Assembly: GCA_951406725.2 (NCBI GenBank)
Contig: OX597821.1
Location: 67,208,001 to 67,272,000, forward strand
Direction: 5' to 3'
Source: Octopus vulgaris
Taxonomy: Eukaryota
Length of the DNA stretch: 64,000 nt
A program made the position numbers and the translations under genes. Positions 1 to 13,349 of this stretch are shown here, in pieces. The notes under the pieces were generated by a model. The model ran no database searches. It was not told the origin of the DNA and saw nothing but the letters and a program-made list of their open reading frames with translations. Position 1 is the first letter of the stretch; each line of letters starts with the position of its first letter.

Positions 1-817
1 TAATAGTATTTCTATCATTATCGTTGTAGTCGTTGTCGTCGTCATCGTTATCATCATCACCTTTATCAGCAGCAGCAGCCTCCCCGACATCGATCTCATT
101 GTATTCTACTAATTCTCGAAAAATCTTCGTAATCATACCTTTTCTTTTCTTTCTTTTTCTTTTGACTTAATAAAGTAATTGGCGTCTTATTGACAATCAC
201 ACCATTAAACTAGACTATTAACAAAAATCTTACGTAAACAACTTCCAATGTATCTAATCTAATTCCTACTTGGTCACGGAGTCGATATGTCTGACGGGGA
301 AAAAAAAAGAAAGAAGAAGAAACAGAAAGGAAAGAAACCACCAAAGTGCAGAAACATATTGTCTACCGCAACAATAAAAAAGCAAAAAAATAATAAAAAA
401 TACGAGCACCGAACAGCAAGGAAAGGTTATGTAAGATAGAAATATTTCGATTATGGACGAATATTCACTGCGCTTATACACCTGGATAGACCTGAGACAC
501 AAATTGAATTCACCATATCTTGATGAAGCGCCATCTTGCGGTTAATGAAAATAATTTGTTGAACGGATAGCTTATTTCTGAAGCGGTGACAGGATTGTAT
601 GAAAACTTGATTATATTGATGCGATTATGACGAGGACTTTACTCTGACGATGGATGTCTTGCCAGAGGTATTACTTATTGAATGATACGGAGCACATGCT
701 AGCATATGTGCATGTCTGTATGTGTGTGTGTTATATGTGTGTGTATGTATGTATGTATTTACGTATTTATGTACGTACGTATGTATGTACGTATGTATAC
801 TGTAATATTGCATCATG

Positions 818-1113
818 GTAAGTCGTCGAGCTGGCAGAATCGTTAGCGCACCGGTCAAAATACATAGAATTTGCATACTGAATTCAAATTCTGCCGTGGT
901 CGACTTTATCATTCATACTTTCGGGGTCAGTCAAATAAGTATCATTCATATAGTAGGGACAGTGTAATCGAATTCCTCATCCCCTCAAAAACTGCGACTT
1001 TATCATTCATACTTTCGGGGTCAGTCAAATAAATACCATTCATATAGTAGGGACAGTGCAATCGAATTCCTCATCCCCTCAAAAACTGCTGACGTTTCCT
1101 TAAATCTGAAACC
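818..1113 (+). mobile_element. SINE family A, old copy with internal ~94-bp tandem duplication
   Basis: Head gagctggcagaatcgttagc, B-box-like aattcaaattct, core tttcggggtc. 901-994 is repeated at 995-1088. Confidence 0.75.
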
Positions 1114-1162
1114 ATTATTTCTCTTAAGTCATATATTATATGTATTTATGCTTCTAATATAC

Positions 1163-1217
<55 letters not shown>

Positions 1218-1380
1218 GCTAGCTAGCTAGCTAGCTAGCTAGCTATCTATCTATGTGGCGTGGGTAGACGTGCTTGTGTATGAGTACGGATGGATGTGAA
1301 GGGGCTGTATTTAACCGCTGTGTGATCGTATGAATAAGACGTTCGTTTCGAAATCATACGGTCACAGGGTCGATTAAACT

Positions 1381-2767
1381 ACATTGCCTTTTGACTGTTT
1401 AATATCTGTCATTCGAATTTGTTCTGCCTGTTTTGGACAGACTAATGTTGTTTCAGTTGTTGTAACCACTCAGTATCCTTCTTGTGTTCCTTGTCTTTGC
1501 TCCAGAATTCACTCCAAAACCTTTGACTTTCAATGTTATCTGGTATGAACTTTTCTGCTGTACACTCTATTTATTTCTTTGAGCAATCTCTTCTATATAC
1601 TCTGAATAACCTATTCTGCTGATAACCCTTCATTCTTTGGTCGTATCTTACCGTCTTTGTTTCCTTTGCGACGGGGCGCTGTTTCAGTTCCTCCATTACC
1701 AATTTCATGCCTTTTCTTTGACTATCATACTTCCTGTTCAGTGCCCTGTATTTTTGTTCGCTTTTAAACTCCCCCTTCCCTTTTCGATCTAACACAGAAA
1801 TGTCCTTCGAGAGCATATCTGACCCCGTCTAAATTCTTCTTTTCCATCATGGATCTTTTTCATCATGGATCGTTCCCATAATATTTCTTTTTCTTGACAT
1901 CAACACCCACATTTTCTGCTGCAACAATATTTGCTGCCTTGATCAAATTATTTGTTTCTGTGATGTTTTTTGTTCTGATGTATTTCAGAATTTCATTCAC
2001 ATTTTTCGTTTCTTGATTTAATTTCTCGCCATAAACCTTTTTAAGGTTGCAAATAATGTCGCTATCGTTCTCCTGTAGCCTTGCCTTTATTCTGTTGTAG
2101 ATTGCCTTTTGCCCTTCTGTCATGCCACCATTAGTTTAATTGTCCTCTTCCAAACCATCTATATGTCTCTCATCGAGCAATCTATCACTGTTCCTTTCCT
2201 CTGGTTTATTTGAAATTTCACCTCTGTTTTCTGCTATGAGATTACTTTTATCAGTAGGTTCTGTCTTTTCATCGATTCCTCTGCTGCTGTTTTCCAATAC
2301 CCGTATTTTGATAGCTTCGAACTCTACTTCTGTGAACCAACGATTTTTTTTTTCTTATTGCTCTAGCTTGATCACATAATTTCTGTTCCGTGAGTTGAAA
2401 GAATCCTTTCTCTCCATTGGTCATACATACGTTGTCGGTATCCCCTAAGATGAATACCGTTTTCGCCTACGGTGTTGCTCATATATTAACACTCCATGAC
2501 CACAGCATTATTTGTTTGTTCCGTCTATGCCGTGTGTGCTGGTCCCTTTTTGGACAACGACAGGCTGGAGTCGGACCAGTATCTCTGACACTGTCACTAT
2601 CAAGAGCTTCAGTTTCATTACCACCATTTCACAATATTTTGGTTTTTCATTGTCGCTCAATTGAGGTAGCGATTATCAGGTTACGCATTTACCATTGTTT
2701 TATTCTGACACCATCACTAGATGTATCGTCAATCAGAGCATAGGGAGATTTCAGCCGTTTCCTTCCA
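1381..2767 (-). mobile_element. R4/Dong-like non-LTR retrotransposon, 5' portion, frameshifted
   Basis: Minus-strand peptides LRGYRQRMYDQWRER..LTEQKLCDQARAIRK, TETNNLIKAANIVAAE, MEELKQR..RYDQRMKGYQQNRLFR and FWSEFWS..HKKDTEWL resemble the N-terminal half of R4/Dong ORFs. The 5' end abuts a (TAA)/(TAG) microsatellite. Confidence 0.75.
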
Positions 2768-2952
<185 letters not shown>

Positions 2953-3218
2953 GAGTGAGAGAGCAGTGCATGCCATCAAAGTGACAGTGGGGTAAAATAT
3001 ACAAAGCCCAGCATACCCATCATGACTACCCGTCTGATAAGGGTACACCAGGCACATGCATCACAACCATGTGTGCGCGACATGGTGATCTCAAATCAAG
3101 AGAAACAGCACATGACCTTGCAGGTGGGGCCCAGTTAGAATTTTCTTCTGGTCGAGTAGCCCATCCTGCTCAAAAGGCCCCTGAATAAGGGTTGCTTTAG
3201 GATGTTGAACGAAACACC

Positions 3219-3219
<1 letters not shown>
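2953..3219 (-). mobile_element. Probable 3' UTR fragment of a (TAA)n-tailed non-LTR element
   Basis: A 267-bp complex segment sharply bounded by TAA arrays on both sides; on the minus strand it ends ...ctctctcactc(aat)n. Family not identified. Confidence 0.45.

Positions 3220-3300
<81 letters not shown>
3220..3300. repeat. (TTA)n microsatellite
   Basis: Seen directly. Confidence 0.95.
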
Positions 3301-3872
3301 TTCTCTAACATACCCTTTGTTTTGGTCCTTTCTCAGCAGTGCCACCGCCCCTCGACAAACAAAAGTGAGGATTCTCCCATTTCGTTGCCAGTTGAAGTAG
3401 ATGTCTGCTAAGAGGCCCACAAACAAGTCTGGTATTGAACTATAAAACTCGTAGGGCAGACCATCCAAACCCGGTGATCTGCCTCTTGTGCAGCTTTTCA
3501 TAGCTTCTTCTCCTTCCCACGTTGTTATCAGTCTTTAGCACCACTCGGCCTCGCTGGGCGAGAATCGTGGCAGGCTGTCCAGCTACATACCGAAGTCTGT
3601 CCCGTTGCCTGTCCTACCATTCGTCCCAAACAGTCGCGCAAAGTGCTGCTGAAAGGCCGCGTACATCTGTTTCGGTTTGAACACCTCGCGCTCGTTTTGG
3701 TCCATCAAAGACCGAATGGTGGCTTTGGTGCCACATTTTGTCTCCACTACTTGGGCCCATTGAACAACCCTATTTCCCTCCCCTTTTAGTGAACGTGCCT
3801 TAATTCTGATAACGCAGCCTTCCTGTGTGGCGTCGAAAAATTGGTCGAGGGCCAACCTCGCCGCCAACACAT
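3301..3872 (-). mobile_element. L1/Tx1-like LINE fragment (linker and start of RT)
   Basis: GRSPGLDGLPYEFY..RGAVALLRK (RT N-terminal KSPGxDG motif), preceded by EGCVIRIKAR and AFQQHFARLF. Confidence 0.8.
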
Positions 3873-3873
3873 C

Positions 3874-3984
3874 GGTTGGAGGGAATATCAGCCGAAACGT
3901 TGTGTTAACAACAAAGATGATGATAAATATCCGTCGAATGTAAATAATGTACATAATTCCTCATCTCTTAAATAGAGAAATGTA
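3874..3984 (+). mobile_element. 3' part of a Penelope-like terminal repeat (same family as 25296-25470 and 30200-31025)
   Basis: ggagggaatatcagccgaaacgttgtgttaacaac...aaatatccgtcgaatgtaaataatgt matches the other two copies. 3938-3984 is the reverse complement of 30201-30245. Confidence 0.7.
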
Positions 3985-3990
3985 GTGTCA

Positions 3991-4250
3991 GTTATTGTTA
4001 GGTCCTTGGGAACAGTATCGGAAGGCATCAAGGGGAATATAAAGGAAATAGGAATAGAATGCCCAGTAGCACTGATACAAAAGGCTGCCTCCTTGGGACG
4101 GCTAGAATAACCAGGAAAGTATTAGCTGAAAAGAATGGATGGCATGGTACTGTAGGCTACAGATAGCAAACCTGCTACGCATGTACGACTCCAGGAGCTT
4201 CAACAAAGCTTGTGATAGAGAGAAATAGTAATAATGATAATATGATAATA
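3991..4250 (+). mobile_element. R4/Dong-like LINE 3' end (C-terminus of the RLE endonuclease plus 3' UTR)
   Basis: VIVRSLGTVSEGIKGNIKEIGIECPVALIQKAASLG/TARITRKVL with one frameshift; TAA-like tail near 4226-4250. Confidence 0.75.
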
Positions 4251-4361
4251 TATACTCCAATGAACCTTTACAGCCCAGCGAAGGACACACGGACTTACAC
4301 TAAAAACTGATTGTAGACACAGACATTGGATACTATATGTATATATGGATGTATGTGAGTG

Positions 4362-4394
<33 letters not shown>

Positions 4395-4419
4395 ATTTGG
4401 ATGTATATATATATTTTAT

Positions 4420-4830
4420 TTATTTGTGTCAGTCATTTGACTGCGACCATGCTGGAGTATCGCCTTTAGTCGAACAAATCGACCATAGAACTTATTCTTT
4501 GTAAGCCAAGTACTTATTCAGTCGGTCTCTATGCCGAACCGCTAATTTACGGGTACGTAAACACACCAGCATCGGTTGTCAAATGATGTTGGGGGACAAA
4601 CACACAAACATATATACATATATATGCGATGGGCTTCTTTCGGTTTCCGTCTACCAAATCCACTCATAAGGCTTTTATATTTTACTCGTTCCAGTCTGTA
4701 TACTATGACCATGCTGGGGCACCGCCTTCAGAAATTTTAGTCCAACGAATCGACCAATAGTAGCTACTTTGTTGTAAAACACCGTACTTCTTCTATCGAC
4801 CTCTTCTCTTTCCATCTGCAGAACCGTCAG
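4420..4830 (-). mobile_element. SINE family B, two adjacent partial copies
   Basis: cagtcatttgactgcgaccatgctggag...ccgtctaccaaatccactc, then a second 3' fragment from ~4680. Confidence 0.8.
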
Positions 4831-4837
4831 GCTTCTG

Positions 4838-4891
<54 letters not shown>

Positions 4892-5049
4892 GTGTATGTA
4901 TGTATGTAATTATATATGTATATGCTACGGTTATATATACCAAATTTAGTCTTTGTTTATACAAATGCAGACCCACACACATAGAGATGGCTAGATAGAT
5001 AAATATGACGAAGGTAGTGACATATATATATATATATGCTGTATACACA

Positions 5050-5118
<69 letters not shown>

Positions 5119-6038
5119 TCACACAAATTTATATGTGTATATACGTACATATCTACATATATAAATACATGCACACACACATATCCGTTTGCACACACAC
5201 TTACATATCCATTTATGTATCATACACAGTGAAAATACATCGTGGTAGGCAAAATTGTTGTGCTATTTGTCCAGAGATAATATCTCTTATTAACGTGCTA
5301 TTTTTAAAATCTCGATATATAGCGGCGGTAGACGAACATTGCTTCAGCAACTGGGACCCGAGAACGTACTGTTTTCATATATATTGATAGAGGCAAATTT
5401 CTGCAAGTATGCTGGCTTTACGCATGCGCTTTAGAAAATTCCCATTAAGAATCTAGCGTGTATCTAGCGTTCTGAGTTATTGCCGCTTAAGGAAAATATT
5501 TTTTTCCAATAATTATGCGTATTTTCATTTGTTGGAAAAGGAAAATACAGAAATATTAGGAAACTTTAGCGTAAACCAAACATCACATTAAACGCTTAAC
5601 GTAACATTCCCGGCAAAAATTCACAATGGTCGACTAATAACCGATGTAGCAATGACAGTATGTTATTTATTAATGTACAGAAGAGCGTTGAAAGCATAAG
5701 AAAACACATCTAGCTGGCTGTCGACGTTAAAATATTAGGGCACTTCAGAAATCCATCCATCATTCTCTTATACTAGTACAACGGTAGAGACATTGATCGA
5801 TTACATATAAGGACTGACATAAAACATGCAAAAAATCCAAAAAAAAAATAGTTTACGTAATCAGAAATTCTTCTTTACGTAAGGTTGTAAAAAATAATAT
5901 ACTTTGATGCGTAAATGAGGTGAGAGAATTTACACGCTGCTTTCTTAAGTTTCAATATTTTATAGACGTTTTCCAGGATATTTATCGGTTATTATATTTA
6001 ATGCAAGAAAAGAAACTTTCTGCATTTGCCAAAATCAC

Positions 6039-6040
<2 letters not shown>

Positions 6041-6080
<40 letters not shown>

Positions 6081-6084
6081 TAAT

Positions 6085-6118
<34 letters not shown>

Positions 6119-6310
6119 ACCATATAAAAGTTGATATGAATGACGAAGTGTGTTCTAATGAGGACGATGGTTACTATGATGACGAGGACAACGATGAAGA
6201 TGATGATAATGACGACGAGGATGATGATGATGATGATGATGAGGATGAGAAGGAGGAGGGGAAGACGATGACGACGATGATGGCAATAAAAAAGGCGATG
6301 ATGATGACAT
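6041..6310. repeat. (AAT)n, (TA)n and (GAT/GAC)n low-complexity block
   Basis: Seen directly; source of the poly-N/poly-D ORF. Confidence 0.85.
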
Positions 6311-6914
6311 ATGATGTGTGAAGTAACCCTATCTTTTGCAATATCAAAAATACATACTACAGTAGATCTGTAGACATAATCTATCTGAAATATTCAAATA
6401 CAAAAGAAACGAAAATAAATATGAATTAATTAATTATTCAGCCCTTAATCGCTTAAGGGGTTTTTTTTTCCATTTTTTAAAATCCAACTTCCCTCAAACT
6501 TTGTTATTACGTCTTCCATTAAAACAAAAAAAAAAATTACATATTTTCGGGTTTTATGATTTAAATGCTACTTATCCAGGATCTACTAGAATACAATTAT
6601 TTTAACAGATGCTGCTTGACCAGTAACAAATATGGGAGATTTTAGCTGTTTTAGGAAATATTTGTAATATTCACTGTTAGTGAAACGCCTATTGATGTTT
6701 AGTTATATATCATGTGATATTCAAAGAGTATATGGTGTAACGAGTGCGAAGTATTGAGAAGTTGTACGTTATGAACGGAGCGTATCTACAACACTTTTCA
6801 ATTAATACGCTATTTCATCCGAAACGTCAGCCGTTCAGTGATAGGATACTTCTCCGCCACGCGGGTACCCTGGCTTCGATTCTAAGCTGATGGAAGCAAT
6901 AAATTTCTTCATTA

Positions 6915-7097
6915 AGGCGGCGAACTGGCAGAAGCCTTTGGGCACAAGACAAAATCTTTAACAGCATTTCGTATGTCTGCCCGTTCTTAGTTCATATTCC
7001 ACCGACTTTGTCTTTCAACCTTTCGGAATCGATAAAATAAGTACCAGTTAAACACTGGAGTCGAAATTACTGGCCTGTGTCAAAATTTGAAACCAAT
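6915..7097 (+). mobile_element. SINE family A, old copy
   Basis: aggcggcgaactggcaga...tttcggaatcgataaaataagtaccag...aaatttgaaacc. Confidence 0.75.
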
Positions 7098-8394
7098 TAG
7101 TTCGCGAATTTTTCCTGCGTAACACTCACGGGCAACATTTATTCTCTGAAAAACACTGAGTACACCATATCATATTTACAATATTCAAATTCACCAGAAT
7201 ACTGAGATCATATTCATTTATTGATGATAGATAAATTACCGAAATGAAAGCAGACACTGAGCTACTAAAGAATCTCCCCGACTTCTGTATGCGAGAGAAT
7301 TTTCTGTTTAGCTGAAAGGTCCGCAACCGTATCCAACCAAAGTAGAAATATTACTGAAAGTTTAATAGAAATTATAACGGCAGCCGTTTTTTATTGACTG
7401 TTTGTACCAGAAGAAAAGGTTTATGTAAGGAGTTAGATATTTCTGGATCAAAATATCTGTCAGCATTCGACCAGTTTCAGAACTTTTGGCATCCTTGTCT
7501 TCGGAGATGAATCGCTAGATTCTGAAAACAATTTAAGACTGAGAAACTGCTGTTGTATTTGGTTCCCACTTCAGAAACGAATCTTGAAAGAAAAGAACTT
7601 CAAACTTCCCAACAAGATTTGTGTTTATGAGGTTCTCATCAGAACGTTACATATTCAAAGGCATTGTCGACATACTGATGGCCCATCAAATTCTCGCAAA
7701 TTTCCACTAGAAATTAATAAGGCCTATATCAAATATAAGCTGTGTCTGAAGCCCGAAACAGCTCACTGTCTCAGTAGGAACGCCCAGGTGACTAATGATT
7801 GGACGCTATAGGTATATTTATAATCTGTTTCGATTTGTTTAGAGTATGATTTATCGATTGGTCTCCCAGCGCAGTGAGCGATTTCATACCGACACTATAT
7901 ATTGCTCATAGTATGTGGCTATAAGAAATATTAATTTGGATCATCACGAACAGAACCACTTATAAATGCTGTTTTGTAAACAGAAAAAGAGGACTATAGT
8001 TTCAGAAAACAAATCTAATTGCTCATCAAATAATACAACGTAATATTCAATGAGTTGAAGTTATTTCAGATAAGATAACCAGAGCTGAATACAACAGCAC
8101 GGTTTAGGGTTGCATTACACAGTCAAAACTTAACTTGTCACCCACAGATTTACATATGTCTTGGTTATTTGCCAGCATCGATTTCCAGCAGCGCATCTGC
8201 TGGTGCACTACTGGAAAATTTTATGCATAAAAGTAACTCAAATACTGTTTGTTTAATATCTACTTTGAAAGAAAGCATAAGATAGGGGCATGGGCATGGA
8301 AATCTTGAGAAAATTCCCCATAAGAATTTTTGCTTGTACAAGATAGTAATCTAATGTATCATAGTTGAAGATCTAGAAATATATCTATTAGAAG

Positions 8395-8791
8395 AAGCGA
8401 GTGAGCTGGCAGGGTCGTTGGCACGCCGGACGAAATGCGTAGCGGTATTTTGTCTGCCGTTACGTTCTGAGTTCAAATTCCACCTAGGTCGACTTTGCCT
8501 TTCATCCTTTCGGGGTCGATAAATTAAGTACCAGTTACACACTGGGGTCGATATAATCGATTAATCCGTTTGTCTGTCCTTGTTTGTCCCTTCTATGTTT
8601 AGCCCCTTGTGGGTAGTAAAGAAATGGTTATTTCGTCTGTCTTTACGTTCTGTGTTCAAATTCCTCCGGGGTCGACTTTGCCTTTCATCCTTTCGGGGTC
8701 GATTAAATAAGTACAAGTTGAGTACTGGGGTCGATGTAATCGACTTGCACCTTCCCCCCAAATTTCAGGCATTGTGTCCATAGAAGAAAAG
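8395..8791 (+). mobile_element. SINE family A dimer flanked by a 13-bp TSD
   Basis: Second unit restarts at ~8627. aatatatctatta occurs at 8378-8390 and 8792-8804. Confidence 0.85.
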
Positions 8792-8951
8792 AATATATCT
8801 ATTACGAGCATGTGTCCACGATAAGAAAGAAGTTATACTTCTTTCTTATCGCAGTAAAACCATTCGCAGTAAAAACACATAAAAGTTTGTTTATAAAAAC
8901 AACTATTAACACGTTGTAGTTCTTAAATCTGACAGGAAAAAAAAATCAGGT

Positions 8952-9025
8952 AGGTCCGGTAGTCTAATCGGTAGCACAGTTGGTCGCGCAAACAAAGAGG
9001 TTTGAGTTCGAGTCACAACCGTACG
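8952..9025 (+). pseudogene. Degenerate tRNA-like sequence or isolated SINE head
   Basis: A-box-like tagtctaatcgg and B-box-like gagttcgagtca at tRNA spacing; stems imperfect. Confidence 0.4.
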
Positions 9026-9452
9026 GAAAACCTACTTTTTTCTCTCGCGGGCTTATATGCCCCATTATTAGAATATTCTCTTTAGTCCTTACGCGGTGAT
9101 TTCTATAAGCTTTAAGCTTATATATATATATGTGTGTGTGTGTGTATGCGCACATTCAGGTATACATATATATTTATGTAAAATGTAACGTGTCTGGAAT
9201 GGCACAACAATGCAGAGTGGACTACAATAGCCGTTATAATTTTTCTAAGATAATTTTACAAACATTACACAATGCCTGCAGCGAACAGCAATACATCCTT
9301 ATCTCTAATAGTTTCATTTGCTGAGAAAACGCAAACAAAATCTTCAGGCGCAAGCCACATATAACGAACTAAATAAATAATATTTATCTCTCACCAGATG
9401 GAGTGCAGCTTTTGGTGAATTTTCTATCAGTACATATATATTTTTTCTATCA

Positions 9453-9732
9453 GCAATGGCCCAATGGTTAGGGCAGCGGAATCGCGGTTTCGATTCCAAG
9501 ACCGGATGTTGTGAGTGTTTATTGAGCGAAAACGTCTAAAGCTCCACGACACTCCAGCAGGCGGTGGTGGCGATGCCTGCTGTACTCTTTCGCCGCAACT
9601 TTCATTCACGCTATCTTCTGTCGGCCTTCTCGCTTAGCCAGCGGGGTGGCGTCATATGAAGGCTAAAACAATGTGAAGCGCATTGTGACCAGCAACATCT
9701 GATAGCATGGTCGGTCACGTGATCACGTGATA
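9453..9732 (+). mobile_element. tRNA-derived SINE, distinct family D
   Basis: A box tggcccaatgg, B box gtttcgattcc, GC-richer body, tail (tcacgtga)2 followed by microsatellite. Confidence 0.65.
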
Positions 9733-9733
9733 T

Positions 9734-9772
<39 letters not shown>

Positions 9773-10036
9773 AAGAATTAAGAGACAGAACCTCTATAAA
9801 GTAATTCAATTAATAATGAAATATATTATCTATAACAAAATATAAATTTAAATATATTATTATTATTAACATTGTACTAAAAATTTCTATACTACATAAT
9901 ACACATTTAAAATGACGAGGCGTATATAAGATCGTGGGCAAGGCCAAAACAATGCGAAGTAAATGGAAGGTAAATCACAAGAAAACAAATTATGTGAAAT
10001 AATGTAGACTTACCTCGTATTCAATATTTCGGCTTT

Positions 10037-10269
10037 ATGACACCATTTAAAAGAAATTGACAAATGTTGTCGATGTGCGTGTGTACGAGCGCGTATGGAG
10101 TGGACATGCGCAGAAGGGTGTTGCTATGGCAAACAGCTAGCTACCTGTAACTCCCTACAGGAAACCAGCTGGTTGCAAAAGTAACACGCTTCTGCGCATG
10201 TCAACTCCACACACGCTTGCACACATGCACATCGGCAACATTCATCAATTTCTTGAAAATGGGGTCATA
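10037..10269. mobile_element. Degenerate foldback/MITE-like palindrome
   Basis: 10037-10149 pairs with 10156-10269 (e.g. gacatgcgcagaag/cttctgcgcatgtc and aagaaattga/tcaatttctt) around a 6-nt loop. Confidence 0.75.
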
Positions 10270-10400
10270 TATTAACCTTCATCAGTTAATATATTTCAAA
10301 ATATACGTGCATACGTTCATGCATACATTTGTATATATATATATATATATATATGTGTGTGAGTGTGTGTGTGTGTGTGTGTGTACGTACATACACACAT

Positions 10401-10478
<78 letters not shown>

Positions 10479-10485
10479 ATGTATA

Positions 10486-10812
10486 TGAGCACTCCGTCGG
10501 TTGCGGCGACGATGGTCCCAGCTAATACGAGCAACGGTGCAGCTTTGCTCGTAAAATTAACGTGCAAGTGGCTCTGGGCACTCCACAAACACGTGTACCC
10601 TTCATGTAGTTCTCGGGGAGATTCACCATGACCCAGAGTGTGACAAGGTTGACCCTATGAAATACAGGTACTACTGATTTTTGCCCAGATGAGTGAACTG
10701 GAGCAACGTGGAATAAAGTGTCTTGCTCATGGACACAACGAGCCGTCGGGAATTGAAATCTCGACCTTATGATCATGAGCCGAATGCCCCTAACCACTAA
10801 GCCACGCGTCTT
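10486..10812 (-). mobile_element. tRNA-derived CORE-like SINE (family C, tail variant 1)
   Basis: Reverse complement: gcgtggcttagtggttagg...tttcaattccc...tgagcaagacactttattccacgttgctccag. Confidence 0.8.
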
Positions 10813-12604
10813 AAAGAATACACTACACTTATTGATTTATTTATTACTTCTCAATGAATTAACATTCATACGCGCACTTGTTTGGATGTACGTGTTTGTG
10901 TATGCGTGTGTGTGTATGTATTTGTGTGTAAGTGTTTTAGTGTGCGCGCGTATGTGTGTATTCATACACAGTTTTATAAGCTTTACAGATGCACAATACA
11001 GATCTTTTTGCTAAACGACAAACCAGGAAATGTCAGGTTTAAGTAGTTTAAAAAGACATTAGGAAAAGAAATATCTCTTCATTACCTCATTCTGAAACAG
11101 AATCCACCATGTAGTTTTTGGTTTAGTGGAATGTCTATTATTCACAACAGAACTCCTTACTGTGATGCTTTTTTCAAACATCACACCGCGACATGTTAAA
11201 TAAACAGAAAAAGCCAAACAGGAATTTAGTAATGCAAACGAATTTTGATAGTGAGAAGTCATAAGCAGTAAAGCCTGACAAATTTGATCTCCTCTTGAAA
11301 TATTTCACTACAAAACTGTCGATAATCCAAAAATATGAGTGCTCTCAAAATGTTGCAATATTAAAATCAGTAGAATTGCATCTCGAAAACAAAGAGTGAA
11401 ATCAAAGGCTTTGTACATCTTAGTATTTTTTTTCTTTTTGTTAAACTTGAAATTCTCATATGATTTCTAGCTATTTCAATAGATGTGGCTGAGAATTTTG
11501 AAATGCTCTTACTTTGTTTAAAAGCTCTTCATATTAAAGATCAAAGACGCGACAGTCATTGCATACGGCTTCGGCGTGACATTGTATTAATGTTACAGAG
11601 AGATGGACGTTCTACTTTGCACGTTTTGTCGCTATGTCTATCAAAGAAATGCAACATCTTGAAGGAGATTTAGACAAGTTTCAAAAATGTGAATCCTCAT
11701 TCAGATTTAAAGTGTGTCCATAACACAAAAACACTACACAATTTTTTTTTTATATATTTAGACGGGAACTGCAGCGTCGTAAATTACAGATTTCGCATAT
11801 TCACCGATAGTATACGAGTTACTGGGAATATTTAAATCTACGCAGAGTTTGTTCAAAGTGTACTGGCTAAAAATGAACAAGTTGTAAAATCGTCATATTA
11901 GAACACAATTCGAATGATATTGTCCTAGATCAACTTTCTCAAAACAAAAGGCGGAGTGTATCCTCCTGTAGTGTTTTCAATCTTAGGTTAAATGATTTGG
12001 TCAAAGTTGGACTAAACCGCAAGAACAACGAGTTCACTCTGCTACTATACTGAAACTCATATAATCTCATTAGTGTAATGACTTCGAAAGATTTATAAAT
12101 GATAACCAATATAAATATATTCTCCGAAGTAGAGTTCGTAACACGACCAGGATGTTGTTGGTTCGATTACAATACAGGGTGGCACGTTATGGTCTAGAGC
12201 TTAATTTCACGTTACACCAGTCTCACCAATTCTCATTTCCTGTCATTTCCTGGATATTTTGTTGGTTCATGAACAGGAGGGTTGATAGGCCTCGTTTCTG
12301 CTCTCGATTACATAGGCATTGGACACAATAACATGGTATAATCTAGTGAGACATAGTTCCCTGTGAGGGACAGTTGTTGACATCATACGGTATCTCTAAC
12401 AGATAAATTTCCCAAATAGTTGCCCAGTCCATTATAATTTATTACAAAGATAGATAAATTTGGAATTTTCTAGAAAGTATTAAGAACTTTATGATAAATA
12501 TTGATTAGAATTCATTCTATGTATATTATTATATCCAAGTTTCGTTTTATTGAATTTGGCTTGCAAAATACTTTATATGAGTTCGTGTGTTGAAGAATAT
12601 CCTA

Positions 12605-12766
12605 TTGTGTCTGGGGAGAGTCATTTTCTTTTTCTGCCTTATAATTTGCAAGACGCAACAAAAGTTTTAGGAAAATAAAAATAAGAAATAAGTGGAAAGT
12701 TTACCGGTGAGTGTGTTAAATTATAAGGCACAAAAAGAAAATGACTCTCCCAAGACACAACAGTAT
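12605..12766. mobile_element. Repeat end in inverted arrangement, PLE-like (same family as 43040-43180)
   Basis: 43-bp inverted arms at 12605-12647 and 12718-12760 with 2 mismatches; the spacer plus right arm is the reverse complement of 43040-43160. Confidence 0.65.
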
Positions 12767-13349
12767 ATCCAAGTTGTTTACCATTTTAGAAACAGTTTTG
12801 CAACACTTATATCATATTAATCTGTATTACCGAAGACATTTAATAAAACATGATTTGTAGTAGAGCGCGAGGTGTTACGAATTGATGCAATTCATTGACG
12901 ATTCTGAATGAATATGTTTATGATCAAAATATTTATAATAATTCTGTTATCAAAAATTTATTTAATTCCTATGTGAAAGTAAGCTGAAACGGCCATATGT
13001 TTAATTTCTTTTAAGACTTAGCATCTTGCAAACTTAGATTTAAATTTCGAAGCTGTTTTGCATTAATTTTGCACTAGCACAGTTCATATGACTTTGTCAA
13101 AATTTCAGAAGCCGATGATAGACAAGCGCCGTCATGTATTGGTGAAACTTTAGCCGAAAAGCTACAAAACTTGAGCAGAAGTTCAAACAACACGATATAG
13201 CCCCGTGGTAGATAAAAGTCTCAACTTGTAGTGTTACACACATAAAAGTACAATCTATCCATTATTCATTTACTATTCATTGAACATCGTCAGACTCAAT
13301 CAAGTTACAACGGCATGATATCTGCTGAGATTCACAATTACTTTTGTTT

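Noticed and set aside
6442-6470. Hairpin cccttaa/ttaaggg plus T-run like an intrinsic terminator
   Set aside because: Eukaryotic DNA with no upstream gene; plausible by chance.
7130-7700. Possible hAT transposase remnant on the minus strand
   Set aside because: Only vague resemblance; no motif I could align.
11485-11673. 62-aa ORF after an AG acceptor-like site as a host exon
   Set aside because: No recognisable homology or convincing donor site.
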